64,000 bases of DNA from Lama glama (lineage: Eukaryota), in contig CM052818.1 in the NCBI GenBank assembly GCA_028534125.1, positions 46,688,001-46,752,000 of the forward strand. Direction: 5' to 3'. Below, in pieces: positions 1-12,522 of the stretch (its first letter is position 1; every line of letters begins with the position of its first letter). A model generated the notes under the pieces. The model was not told the DNA's origin, ran no database searches, and saw only the letters and a program-made list of their open reading frames with translations. The position numbers and the translations under genes were made by a program.

Positions 1-489
1 ACTTCAAAGTTTAATTGGGAACTTTGCTTCTTAGGTGAATCACCAATATAATCTCACGGTTGCTCACGTTTTTTTTTTATAGCAGTTGAAGTGTTGGGTG
101 CTGCTCCTTGAACTCAGTCCTGGCACCCAGCTCCAGTCCTGAGTTGCTATGGCGATGTTCTGACTGGCTGCTGGTCTCTGCGCGCAGCACGTAGGGTGGA
201 GCAGTGCACTTGCTTGCATAATTTTGTGAACAGAGAAGTGCTGATCTGGATTTTTTAAAAGGAAGGAATTTAAATATATACATGAAGATGGAGGAAATGC
301 TTTATTTCACAGTCTGCTAAAAACTGAAATAAAACTAGGATAACCTGCTAACAGCCTTATATGTTGGTCTACTTCAGTGTGTTAAAATTTAATATGTAAC
401 GGCATTCTTATTTTATTGTATTTTTAAGGAGTTAAAACTTGTAAATCGTTAAGAATTTTGAGCCAGGGCTGTGGCATTGTTTGAACCAG

Positions 490-718
490 TGCAGTGAGCA
501 GGGTACAGGATTGTGAATCCGGCTGGCACAGGTTCCAGATCTGCTGTTTACATCCAGGTGACGTCAGGCCAGTTGCTGAACCTCTCTGAGCCTCAGTCTC
601 CAAATTTTAAAAACTGAAATAATATCTCATGGATTGCTGGGAGGTAGAAAAGAGATAAATGAAGCAAAATATCTGGCTCAAAGGATGGCAGGCAGTAGGC
701 ATTCAACAAATACTAGTT
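490..718 (+). mobile_element. MIR SINE remnant
   Basis: MIR core-like AACCTCTCTGAGCCTCAGTCTCC...AAAA and 3' CAGTAGGCATTCAACAAATA. Confidence 0.65.
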
Positions 719-2269
719 CTTTTTAAAATTTTCCTTTAATACTTTGCAACATTTAAATATTCTTTCTATTAGGTTTTATGTAAGAAAGGGATACCTTCCT
801 CAGAACATTTTACGTAACACACGTGAGTGAAGGCAGCGCCTTGTCCGTGTGGTAGTGAGCCTAGGCAGATGCTTTCTCAGTTATTTGCTTGAGTTTCATC
901 TTTTACCTTCCCTGTTGATCCCTTCTCATCCCCAAATTACAACCTTATAGCCAAGTCAGCTTAGGCTTAGGGGTCTCATTTTCACACCAGAAACCGAGGG
1001 AGCTTGGACGTGGAAGGGCCGTCTCTGCGCAGGCCAGTGCTTTTCCTTCATCGCTTTGAGAGGAAGAGCATCTCCCATGTGGCAGGGCTGTGGGGAGCAT
1101 CTGGAGGTTCCTTAGGTAGGATCTTAGAAATCTGCTGCAGCCCCTTTTAAATAAGGAAGCTGGAGTCCCAAATCACACACCGTTAACAAGTGACCCAGCC
1201 TTTAAATGTATTTTTATGCCTTTAAAAAGACTCATTGATTTTAATTTTAATTGTCAAACACTATAACCTTATTCTAAGTTATCTGAGATCATCAAGTCTG
1301 GATTTAAGGAAAGTCACTGCAGCAAATACTCTGTTTTTTGTTTCAGAATGCAGCCAAGTTGCATTTCACACAGGCATTGTATTCCTAGAAATCACTGCCT
1401 TTATGAAAACTGCGTTTAATGGGAAGTATCTGACATGTAAATATGTAGTAAGTTTATGTAACAGCTTCAAAGGGAGCGCTGTTTTCCTCGTCAGACTTTG
1501 ATTATACTATGTTTCCTAGTCAGTTGAACAACCTTATTTCTTTTTTAGTGTAAATGCTTTTCCTTTAAATCGCAGACCTACATGTTTCCTCCATTAGTAT
1601 AAAAAAGTAATCTTGGGCCCTCATGTTTTGGCCAGACAGATCATCTTGGATATGTACACCCTCAGTGGGAAATTTTTTTTTAAATGTAGAGTAAGCTATT
1701 CTAGTAAATCAAAGAGTAACACTGGTCAGCCCTGCCAGTGATTTCTGTGGCAACTTGGACACGTACTTCTAGACCATCCTTAAACATGTAAGTCAAACAC
1801 ATTCAATACTAGAAATCAGAAGCAAACGCACAGACCTGAAGGCTGGCAGGGCTGTGTGCGCAGCGCGGCGCCGGGACCCCGCGGGCTGCTGCTTCCTGGT
1901 GCCGTTACCGAACAGGATGCCGGTGAGATGCAGCGGCACCGCTGTGGGCTCCAACAAGCGAGCACTGCTGACACTGCACACTGTTGTCTTGAGAGTCAGC
2001 TCTGAGCATCTCGTGGACATGCCTCTGTTTTCTTTTTAACAAGTTCTTTGCTCCATTGAGTGTTGTTTTGCACTCAGCACAGCTTCTGCATATGGACAGT
2101 TTTTTTAGCTTTTAATTCCTTTATTACTTTTGTTACTTTAGCTGTAGCAAGGAAAGACACTTGCTGACCCCTAGGCTAATGTTCTTTCCAACGTAATATG
2201 GAAGGTGACTCATGGAATCATTTTCAGGATGCTTTTTATAAGAATCTTAGGGGTGATTAAAACTTATGG

Positions 2270-4010
2270 GAGTCAGCAAAGGCAGCACTCAGGAAAATTT
2301 ATAGCTGTAAATACTTACATTAAAAAAGGAAAAAATCTTAAATTAATAATGTGACTTTATACCTCGAGGAACCAGAAAAAAAGGAACAAATTTAAAAAAT
2401 GTCAAAGCTAGTGGAAGGAAATGAAGTGGAAAAATAAGTGAGAATCGATGACACCAAAAGTTGTTTCTTTGCAAAGATCAACAAAATTGACAAACCTTTC
2501 GCAGACTGACAGAGGAAAAAAAAGACACAAATAACTAAAATCAGTAAATGTGGATGTTACCACCAATCTTACAGAAATAAAAACGATTGCAGGAGAGTAC
2601 TCAAAGGATGCACAAAAGGCATCTGACAAAATGCAGCATCCTTTTATAGTTAAAAACAGGCAGAAAACTGGGAGGAGATGGGAGCTTACTCAACATGGTA
2701 AAAGGGCATTTACGGAAGAACCCACAGCTAACATTCTCGATGGTGAAAGACAGCAAGCTTCTTCTCTAAAGACAGGAGCAAGACGAGGGTGCCTGCTGCT
2801 ATGGACTGAATGTGTCCCCCGCTAAATTCGTATGTTGAAACCCTATCCCCCAAAGTAATAGCATTTATAGTAATAGTATTCTACCCTTTGGGGGTAAGTT
2901 GATTTAGATGAGATCATGAGGGTTGAGTCCTTATGGTGGGCTTAGTGTCTTTATAAAAAGGACCGGAGAGCTAGCTGCTACCAGAGAGAGGGTTCTCATC
3001 AGAACCTGATCATGCTGACACCCTGGTCTCAGACTTCCAGACTCAAAGAACTCTGAGAGATAAATGTTGTTTAAGTCACCAGTCTGTGGTATTCTGTTAC
3101 AGCAGTCTGAGTTGACTAAGACACCTGCTTTCGCTACTGTTATTCAACATTATCCTGGAAGTTCCAGCCAGTGCAATTAGACAAGGAACAGAAATAAGTG
3201 GATCCAGTTGGAATGAGGAAGTGAAACTGTCTCTAATCACAAATGACATGATCGTGTATGTAGAAAATCCCCAGATATTTTGCAAGAAAGCTACTAGAGC
3301 TGATAAATTCAGCAAAGTTTCAGGGTGCAGATCAACACACAAAAATCAGTTGAGTTTCTATGCATCCGCAGTGAACAATCTGAAAGTAAATTAAGAAAGC
3401 AATTCTACTCACTATAGTATCTAAAAGAATAAAATATCCAGGAATAAATTTAGCCAATGAGGTAAAGACTTATACCCTGAAAACTACAAAACCTTCCTAA
3501 ATTACAGAAGTTCTAAATAAATAGAAAGATAGCCCATGTTCATGGATAGGAAGACTAAATATTAAGATGTCAGTATTACTCAAAGTGATCTGCAGATTCT
3601 GTGCAATCCCTATGAACTTTCCAATAGTCTATTTTTTGGAAACAGGAACCTAATTCTGAAATTTATACACACTTGCAAGGGACTCCAAATAGGCAAAACA
3701 ATCTTTAAAAAGAAGAATAAAGTCGGAGGACTCTCACTTCTCAATTTTAAAACTTATCACAAAGCTACAGTAATCAAAACACTGTGGCCTTGGCATAAGG
3801 GTAGACATACAGACCAATGGAACAGAATTGAGAATCCAGAAGTAAACCCATGCATCTACGGCCAGGTGAGCTTTGATAAGTGTATCAAGGTGAGGGAAAG
3901 AATAGTCTCTTCCACAAATGGTGCTGGAACAACTAGGTTTCCACATGCAGAAGAATGCAGTGGGACCTTTGTCTCACGCTGTGTACAAAACTTAACTGAA
4001 AATGGGTCAG
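2270..4010 (+). mobile_element. Old L1 (ORF2 fragments), interrupted by an MLT1 LTR at 2797-3123
   Basis: A-rich L1 ORF2-like text (AAGATCAACAAAATTGACAAACC, CATGGATAGGAAGACT, AAAGCTACAGTAATCAAAAC, AATGGAACAGAATTGAGAATCCAGAA) with many stops and frameshifts. Confidence 0.9.
2797..3123 (+). mobile_element. MLT1 (ERVL-MaLR) solo LTR nested in L1
   Basis: TG...CA termini (TGCTATGGACTGAATGTGTCCCC...GACTAAGACA) and a perfect 5-bp target-site duplication CCTGC at 2792-2796 and 3124-3128. Confidence 0.9.
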
Positions 4011-4119
4011 TGTACTCTTTTCCAAGCACAAGGTTTTTTCCAGTATCAGAAAGGATAATTAAGGTGAAAATTATTTTTAAAAAAAGGATTCTTTGGGAAA
4101 AATACTTTTTGTGTAGCTT

Positions 4120-4455
4120 ATTCATTCTACAAATATTTATTAAGCAAAAGTGATCTGACAGCATTCTGCACTAGGCACTGGAGATACAATGGTGAAAAAA
4201 ACCAAACTTGTTTTCAGCTTTAATGGCATTTATCATCGAGAGGGAGAGATAGACATTAATAAAGCAGTTACACTAATGAATAATGTAGCATTCTAATCGT
4301 GATATGAGTATCCAAGAAAGCATATGAGCTCGGAGGGCTTGTAATAAAGGAATGCAGTGTGGTTTCACAGAAGCCTTCTATGAAGAGGGGGCGCTGAGCT
4401 GAGAGACAAAGGATGAGTAGGAATTAACCGGGCTAAGACAGATGGGGAGAGAGTG
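4120..4455 (-). mobile_element. L2 3' end remnant
   Basis: TTCATTCTACAAATATTTATTAAGC...CTAGGCACTGGAGATACAATGGTGAA is typical of a reverse-oriented L2 tail. Confidence 0.75.
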
Positions 4456-6054
4456 GTTAGCTCCTAAGGTGCCCAGGGTTTTTGTTTGTCCACAGATAGT
4501 AGTGGACTTACTGATGGATTTCATTTTATCTTTGGTTTCTGACTCTTTGGCTAACAATGCTGAGTGGCTGTTTTTGTCTGTGTGTTCCGTCTGTCTTCCA
4601 GGATCTCAGAAGTGCTCTGTACAGAGTGAGTATTTAACAAATGGGCACTTAACTGTTAGAAAGTGTTTGAGAGTCTACTAGAAGTGAAATGTGTTTCAAA
4701 GTAATAAACTTCTGAGGCAGTTAAGAAGTTTTCCCTTTTTAAAGAAAATTTATTATAATTTTAACCTGTTATGATTAAATAATGACATTATTAGGCAGCT
4801 ACTTTTAGACAAAGCGTGGTAAATAATGCCTTCTTCATAAATTATGCTCCTAGAACCTGTTTATATTTTGATTTAAAATAGATTTTTTTCCTTGTAATTT
4901 AAAACCCTATTTTGAATGGAAGTGATATGAACTACTTACGTAATTTCTGCCAAGGAATTAATATGGACTTTCTATAAACCACTGTCATTTATAATCAAAA
5001 TGCTTTTAACTTACATTGATGTTGGCATTGACAAGTGGTGCTAGATTGGTAGCATAGAAAGAAATTGCATTCAGACTTGCTGGGAGATCACTGGTGCCTG
5101 AGGTTTTATAATGCTTTCTTTGGGCCATTTAACTGCTGGCAACTTTAATTCACATGACTCATAATACTGGAAATTTAAATTCACTCTTAATTGAAAAGTG
5201 AAGTTACTTAAATTCTTTAAATACTAACCTTTGGAAAACTATCTGAAAAATAAAGGCACATATGATTCTGGTGGCCCACTGCCAAAAGATTATCATTTAC
5301 GTAAATATCTCTTTCAGTAGAAGAGTTTAATGTATTGAGCTCAGAAGGTTAGAATGGAGACTTCAATCTGGAAACCAGCAGTAGACTGTTGGCTTGTGAA
5401 CAGCACTATTGTTCGTCGTATTGAGAACACTGTTCACATTCAAGCTTAAGCAGAGCTGGCATTAAAATTCAGTTAATTTGTTTCATGTGACTTGTCAGCT
5501 GTGTGTTTTTATCTAAATCTTTTTAGCTTCTCTTCTTAGTGTTTTATTTAAACTCCTGAAATAGATGAACTACCTTTTTAACTGTTTAAGCTCTGATATT
5601 TTGGCCAGTTTTGCAGATGATTCTGTGAAACCGTTCTCCAAGTTTTGCACTTCATTTTAGATATATTTAATAATCAGTTTGAATGCCAGTTTAATGCATT
5701 AAGAAGTAATTCCATTCCAGAGGACTTCTTGTGTGCGTATGTGCGTAAGAGGGACTTCCTGAAATTCATTTCAGACAAAATTCCTGTCTCTGTTGTCTCA
5801 CCAGCACCCTGTTCTTTTCTCATCTGCTGATTTTGTTCTCTGGATTTGCCCTTAGATGGCTTTTAATAAATAGCTTCTAGCCTAGTATTGGGCCTGCGTA
5901 GTGAAGTGCTAGTCCCAGAGAAACAATGTAACTGTAATAGCTAAGGTTAGAGTAAGATCCCACTTCACTTTTTTGAAGGGCATGAAAATCTTACTGCTTC
6001 TCTAAAACTAGACTCAGTAAAATCTCACAATTAATTTCCTTGACTAATTGGGAA

Positions 6055-6560
6055 TAGAGTGTTTTCAAGATGCCTCCAAATTTATAGTGATTTTTAGACA
6101 GCTTTATGAGCTTTAAATTGTACAATTCCTGAAGTTTATATATGTGTGTGTGTATACACACAGACACACACACACACACACACACCCCAAATCACCACCA
6201 CCTGCAGGAGAACAGGCTTATCTGTCACTTCCAGAAGTTGCCATCTATTCCTTTGAAATCCCTCCCTGTCGCTTTTCACCCCCACATCCCTAACTGCACA
6301 GGCACCCCTTATCCTCTTTTTGTCACTATAGATCGGTTTACACTTGCTAGTTTTATGTAAATGGAAAAATAGAACTGTGTGCTCTTCATTTGCTATGTTC
6401 TTTCACTCAACATAATTTATTACGAGGTTTATCCATGTGGCACATATCAGTAAGTTCATTCCTTTTTATTGAAGTAGGGTACCACAAGTCACTTTTCTCT
6501 TCATTGTTAGTGGATATGTGGGTTGTTAGTGGATATTTGGGTAATTCCAGTGTTCTCATC
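6055..6560 (-). mobile_element. Old L1M 3' UTR fragment containing a TG/CA microsatellite at about 6143-6186
   Basis: TTCTTTCACTCAACATAAT...TTTATCCATGT...TTCATTCCTTTTTATTG motif typical of reversed L1M 3' ends. Confidence 0.7.
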
Positions 6561-6663
6561 CATCTGCTTGTCTTTTAATTTCTCTTTGCCATTTTCCATT
6601 CCTTTATCTCTCTGTGATGTATTTTTATTTACTGCCTCAGATCGGCACATGGCCTGGCATGTA

Positions 6664-6741
6664 GTATGTTGAACCCTATGGAGTTGTCAGTATTTGACCA
6701 TTTTGACCTATAAAAATGGCAGTTTCAGACAGTTCAATATA
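6664..6741. mobile_element. MADE2-like mariner MITE (about 80 bp)
   Basis: Imperfect terminal inverted repeats TATGTTGAAC.../...GTTCAATATA around TATTTGACCATTTTGACCTATAAAAATGGCA. Confidence 0.7.
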
Positions 6742-7516
6742 GAGGTGTTTACTAAGTAAATTTTCAGTGAATATCACTTGTTTTTGCATTTAAGACCTCT
6801 GCCTGATACAAAATCATTTCCATATGTAAATTCAACTGTGTAAAAAATTCTGCATAATAAAAAATAGACTAAGTGACACTATATTAGTAGCTGTTGTGTC
6901 TGGGTGGTGGAATTATGTGTTTTTTCCCACTTTTTCTGTATGTCTCTGTCATATATATATGCTTAAATAGTAACTATAGATTACTTTTACAGTAGGAAAT
7001 AAATCTTTTTTAAGAAAGGAAAAATCTGTGCTTTTTTTCTAGTTTAAGTGATTTATTTAAAAATTATTCTTTATTCTTTTCTTTGTAACGGCGAGAACCA
7101 TAGTATTTTAGAATAAACATAGAGTTTGAAGTCAGATTTTCGTCCCTAGTCATGTGACTTAGGCAGGCTGTTGCATGTGTCTGAGGCAACTGTTCACATG
7201 TGTAAAATGATGACTCATTTAATCTCCACTGAGAGGTAACCATTAGCGTATGACATGCGTTACTTCCCTTCCGCTGGTTCCCGAGCCCACGTCCTACCTT
7301 TGGTAAAAGGCAGTGTAATTCTACCTCAGACTTATCCCCTTAGTAATTCTGTAACTATACCACTGACTTATTCTTTTTTTCTTTTCGTTAAAAAACATTA
7401 TGAGAGCGTTATCATGTGTTACTTGTCTTTATAAATAACGATGTTTAAGTTACATGCAGAACTTGCCTTTTTAATAGTGACATTAACGACCATTTTCATT
7501 TGTTTCTTATTTGAAG

Positions 7517-7695
7517 AATATCAAAGAATATTCCAACAACTAAAGATGTCGAGCCACTGCTTGAAATAGATGGAGATATAAGAAATTTTGAAGTGTTTTT
7601 GTCTTCAAGGACTCCAGTTCTTGTGGCTCGAGATGTAAAAACCTTTTTGCCATGCACTGTAAATCTGGACCCCAAACTACGGGAAATTATTGCAG
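7517..7695 (+). CDS. KIDINS220: KIDINS220 internal coding exon (179 nt; (R)[59 protein letters not shown])
   Basis: Pyrimidine tract + AG at 7515-7516 and GT donor at 7696. The translation matches the recalled mammalian KIDINS220/ARMS sequence. Phase 2 in, phase 1 out, joining in frame to 8762. Confidence 0.95.
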
Positions 7696-8761
7696 GTGGG
7701 TGTTGGTAATAAATTGGATTTTTCTTCTCTAAAGTACTAAAGAATTTTCCTGTTTCTAACCTAGCTATTATATAAGTTTCTCCTGTTCCTTGAAAAACTA
7801 AGAAATACTGAATCAGGCACTGCATAGGAGAATTAATGAAACTGGGGCTCGGCAGTCTTGACTTCCTTTTGGGAACAGTAGGAAAGCATTATTTGTTAAA
7901 TTGACTTTAGTATGTTTCCCAGCCTATCCCGGAACCGTCTTTGGAATCAGACTCCTTTTAACATCCAGTCCCCACTTGAAGATGTCAGTCCCTTGTAATT
8001 TTTCTGTCACCAATCTTCTGTCTTTAATAAGGATCTCTGTCCAGAGGAGTAAGAAAATTAATATTACTTTAAAAATTTTAGCTTAAATCTGTGGACTGGA
8101 ACTTGAGGTTAGTGACATGAAGATTTTGGGATAATTTAAGTTGTTCTTGAGTCACTGCTGTTTGCCCATGAACACGCACAAATCCTTATTGAAGCGTACA
8201 AGCTTTCATATGATTCAGGTGCTGCTCACCCACCTTTGAGTTTTCCAGGAATTATGAAGAGAGAGCTTTATACTCCTACATACATTTTTCAGGTACTTGT
8301 TACAAAGCTGTTGTCAGAGGTGTATTTTGTGGCTGTGGCGTTGTTTGTTGTTCCTGTAGTTTACAAACCCCTAGTCCTCGCTGACATGACGTTTACTGCA
8401 CAGGTGTGAATTATTCGTAATCAGCAAGGCCTTACAAATCATAAGAATTGTTAGAATAGTACAAACGAATAGCTACCTTCAAAAGTCAGGAAAAATTACA
8501 GTTCTAGTAACTGAAAAGAAGACTCCAGATGTTGGTGACTTAAACGGTGAAAAAGCTTGTTTGTAAAATAGTTGAGCTTCTCTTTCCAGAATGTCAGTGG
8601 AGCGTCAGGATTTCCTGTCTGCTGCTTTAAGCCAGTTGGAATCCCTGGCAAGAGCGATAAAGTCATGTTTCTATCTGGTAACTAAAGGAGGAGGTGGCAG
8701 TGGGACTAACTACTGATGTTCTGTTTTCTTTTGCCTTCTGCGGCATCGGTTAATCTTTCAG

Positions 8762-8988
8762 ATGTTCGCGCTGCGAGAGACCAGATCAGCATCGGAGGAC
8801 TTGCCTACCCCGCGCTGCCTTTACACGAAGCGCCCCCTCGGCCACCGTCGGGCTACAGCCAGCCTCCGTCCGTTTGTTCCTCCTCCGCTTCCTTCAATGG
8901 GCCGTTTGGAGGTGGGGTTGTGTCTCCACAGCCCCCCAGCAGCTACTACAGTGGCATGACGGGGCCCCAGCACCCATTCTACAACAGG
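8762..8988 (+). CDS. KIDINS220: KIDINS220 coding exon, proline-rich region ([17 protein letters not shown]...[11 protein letters not shown]...HPFYNR)
   Basis: ACTAAC branch-like site at 8705-8710, CAG acceptor 8759-8761, AGG|GTAAGG donor. Lies within ORF 8716..9102. Contains the PPRPP-x-x-YSQP CrkL-binding region known from rodent ARMS. Confidence 0.95.
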
Positions 8989-11048
8989 GTAAGGAGGTGC
9001 TGGGGGCTCACTCTGAGCACCGTTGTGCGGGGAGATACCCGAAGCGTTGTGCTTAGGGAGCCTGTTACTATTTTGAAACTGTGCCTTAGTTTTAAAAGGT
9101 AAAACATGTTAAGTTTGAACGTAATAGGATATTTTCAAAATCAGGAAATGTTTAAATTTTAACAGGTTCTAGGTCTTAGTTGAGTCTGAATATTAGAGAT
9201 TTTTTTTTGCTTTTATTTATTGTCTGATAAGGAAGAGAGCTCTTCAGGGTCAGCAGTGACTATCCTGTCTTCAAAGGGATCTGTTTTTCTGTTTTTTTAT
9301 AAACAAATGCTCCATCTGTTAATTTACATTGGCATTTAAAACAATGATGATTTTTTGCAGTAGTTCAGCCTGTGTATAAAATGTGTTACAGCTTTTAAAT
9401 GTGAGATAATGATGGAAAACACTGCTTGTAGGATTCAGATGTTATTTCCAAATCATGGCACCGTAGAGTTTTATTTCGAGTTATCTTCAGTCATGTATGA
9501 TTACTTACTTAGTATAAATATGATAATTTTCTACTGCAAAAGGTGAGAGTGCAATTATCAGTGGTATTCAGACCCTATAAAGTTATCCTCATTTTAATGG
9601 TCTTAAATACTAGTATTTCCTATATTTCCTATAGGAAAATGGAGCATCGCCCCTAGTGTTATACTTTCTAGAACTGTACTCTAAGATCCATTGCAACTTC
9701 GTTATTTTTGTTATTTCCCTCTTTAGAGAAAACACAGGGGCTAGTATTCACAGAAGCCAACTACATGCCTATATAAATTTCATATGAGCTAGGAAGCTAG
9801 AGAAATTTAGAGTAAACATGGCAAAGAAGGAATTCTAGAAGTTAAATTTTCAGTTTTTGAGAAATGTTGGCCATATATGTAATTAGTATATCATTTATAG
9901 AGATCCTATGAATGTTATTCCATTCTTTTACTCAGATAAGGAGAAAAAGATGGAGCAATAGCATTTTATAATGCATGTCATCCTTGTGAACTTTACCTGA
10001 GTGGTAGGCAGTGTGAAATTGCAGGGTTTTATTTATCAGTCTTAAAATCTGCTGTAGTTTTACATAAACTGGCTCATTGATCATTAGATGACAGTTTAAG
10101 TTTTGAGACCAAGAAGTGTTTTTTTTTTTTAATTACCATACCATCTAGGTGGAGACCTTGTGTTGACTACTTTTACATGAATAACAATGAGTGATGCTTT
10201 AATAGCATTTTGCTATTTTTAAAACATTAAAAAATTTTCTCATGTATTTAAGTCATTATTTTTTGCTCAGGTTATTTGAAGTTTTTAGTCTGAAAGTTAA
10301 AAGCAGAACAGTTTCTTAAAATGGCAGTAGTAAAAAGGTAAGGGAAGATGTTACGTCAGTGTAATAACATTTAATGTGTTTTAATCTTTTATGTTTAGCC
10401 CATATAATTGGATAGCTCCTGTTTACATGAAGCTGGTTACAAATAAACGGTACAGTTCTAGGCCTCCTCTAAACAATGATTCCCCTTTAAAAAATATGCT
10501 TGCTACTTTAGGAGATAGAGTGAACTTAGGGTATAGAATACAAAGAAAACTTCAGGACTTAGAGTAACCAGGACTCCTGGAATCCACTAGGGGTTTGGTT
10601 CGCATATAATTGAGACTGTTTTTGGTTTTACGTAAGGCTAATCCTTTTTTGGTAAAGAATACTATTCTGTTGAGATTCTGTTCAGCTTTTTTTCATGAGA
10701 TGGTGAGTTACTATTTGTAAATCACTTAGAACACGGCACATGGTAAACCCATAAAAATGTTAAATGTAAAGAGAAACTCTTGTGTCAAGTTGTAAGGTAC
10801 AAAACTTTAGTTGTTTTTTTTTTTTAAAAAGCTTATATTAAATCACTAATATAAAATTTTAAATGGTATGTCTTAAGCTTGGGTTAATATCTTACAGAAT
10901 ATGAGTGAGACTTTTTTGCTTTTGTTTTGTCACTTGCATTAAAAACTTGGAGTAGTTTTTTATTGGTTAGTTTCATTTGCTAAATCTCATGACACTTTGA
11001 TTTCTGTAATTGTTTACCCCCTTCTTTTGTTACGTGTTTTCTCCATAG

Positions 11049-11162
11049 CCATTCTTTGCCCCATACCTTTACACGCCAAGGTGTTACCCTGGCGGTTCCC
11101 AACATCTCATCTCACGTCCATCAGTAAAAACGAATTTGCCCAGAGATCAGAGCAATGGCCTA
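11049..11162 (+). CDS. KIDINS220: KIDINS220 cassette exon, 114 nt, phase 0-0 (PFFAPYLYTPRCYPGGSQHLISRPSVKTNLPRDQSNGL)
   Basis: TAG acceptor 11046-11048, CTA|GTAAGT donor. The translation matches the recalled KIDINS220 alternatively spliced segment. Confidence 0.92.
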
Positions 11163-11930
11163 GTAAGTATAAAAAAGGGTAACAAAAGTACTAATCTAAT
11201 AAGAAACATAGACAGCATTAGACGCTTGCTTATTTCCTTTCTGTAATAAAAGCACAACTTATTTTATAAATAATTTTAAGAAACATAAGCCATTACTAAC
11301 ACAAAATGTATTTTGTTTTCATTTCTGGTAAATATCTATGGAAGGAAAATGATTAGTAGCCTCAGGGAATAAATGATGGGTTATTTACAGCCAGAGTTTC
11401 TGGCCTATAATGTATTGTTTGTTACCAGACTTTAAAACTGAACCTTTACGTCTGCTAATTTCTAATTTCTTTTTAAAGGACATACATATGTGGTATTCAT
11501 GTATGTGTGTGTGTATATATATATATATGCCAGCCCTATGGTATAAAAATTAGAGGATATATTGGAAGAACATTTTGATCTAGTAGCAGATATTAATTAA
11601 ATAGGGTAAGGAAATTATTCAAATGTACTATTGACTCTAATCCAAAACAGAATCCATTTGTGCCTAAAATTTTAGGTGTTCCTGATGATACACTTAGTTT
11701 AACAATTTAAAACAAGAAATTCCCTGTTAATAAATTTTTTTAAATTAGGGGGCAAAAGCTATAGAACTTAAACTGTCATTTACATTTTAAAATGTTATCA
11801 CTGAAGGGAAGCTCTGATCACGCGCAGGTTTCAGTGTGTTGTGTGTTGTTATTTTAACACCATGCCCATTCATCACCCTCGTTTGGCTCACCCTTCTCCT
11901 TTCGCCCGCGCTCTCGTTTTGTGTCGCTAG

Positions 11931-11987
11931 GAGGTTATCGAGGAGGACGCTGCCGAGGGGCTTTCTTCGCCCACAGGCTCCTCGAGG
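11931..11987 (+). CDS. KIDINS220: KIDINS220 cassette exon, 57 nt, phase 0-0 (EVIEEDAAEGLSSPTGSSR)
   Basis: Long pyrimidine tract + TAG at 11928-11930, AGG|GTAATG donor. Matches recalled human EVIKEDAAEGLSSPTDSSR. Confidence 0.92.
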
Positions 11988-12522
11988 GTAATGGAGTGCC
12001 TTGTGGTGTGGGCCGCGGGCACCTCCCGCTTCTGCAGCACAGCGACTGTCTCAGCTGCGGTGACAGCCGCTCACTAACCCGCCTCTGTGGTGTGATGGGC
12101 GGCTGGGGTGGAGTGGCTGGGCACTCATAATCATAGTTCATGGATTAACTGAAGATCTAATGTTTAACTTTACCCTCAATTTCCTCCTGCTTTTCCCCTT
12201 TTTCAGTGACTTGGGGTGGGGTTTTTTTGTCGTCCAGTAAGGAAGGAGTTTTTCCAGCAGCCATCAGGAACATTCAGTTGGTATTCGTTCCTTCAACGTT
12301 GGGCTTTATTTTCACATTTGCCTGTTTTTCTTAAGCCTGCAGTTGGTACCACACATGCAGCATATTTTTGAAAATATCCCGAATCAACCTTGAGACTTAT
12401 AAAAGGACGCTATGAACTAGATGGTGTAGACCAGGAATGCATCCTTAGGGACTCATGCTGAATCTCGGTGCCCACTCTGTAAATACGGTGCTGCCACAGT
12501 GCTGCTTTTCTGTATCTGTATA

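Noticed and set aside
559..566. Perfect CRE palindrome TGACGTCA
   Set aside because: A single isolated motif inside a MIR remnant with no supporting context.
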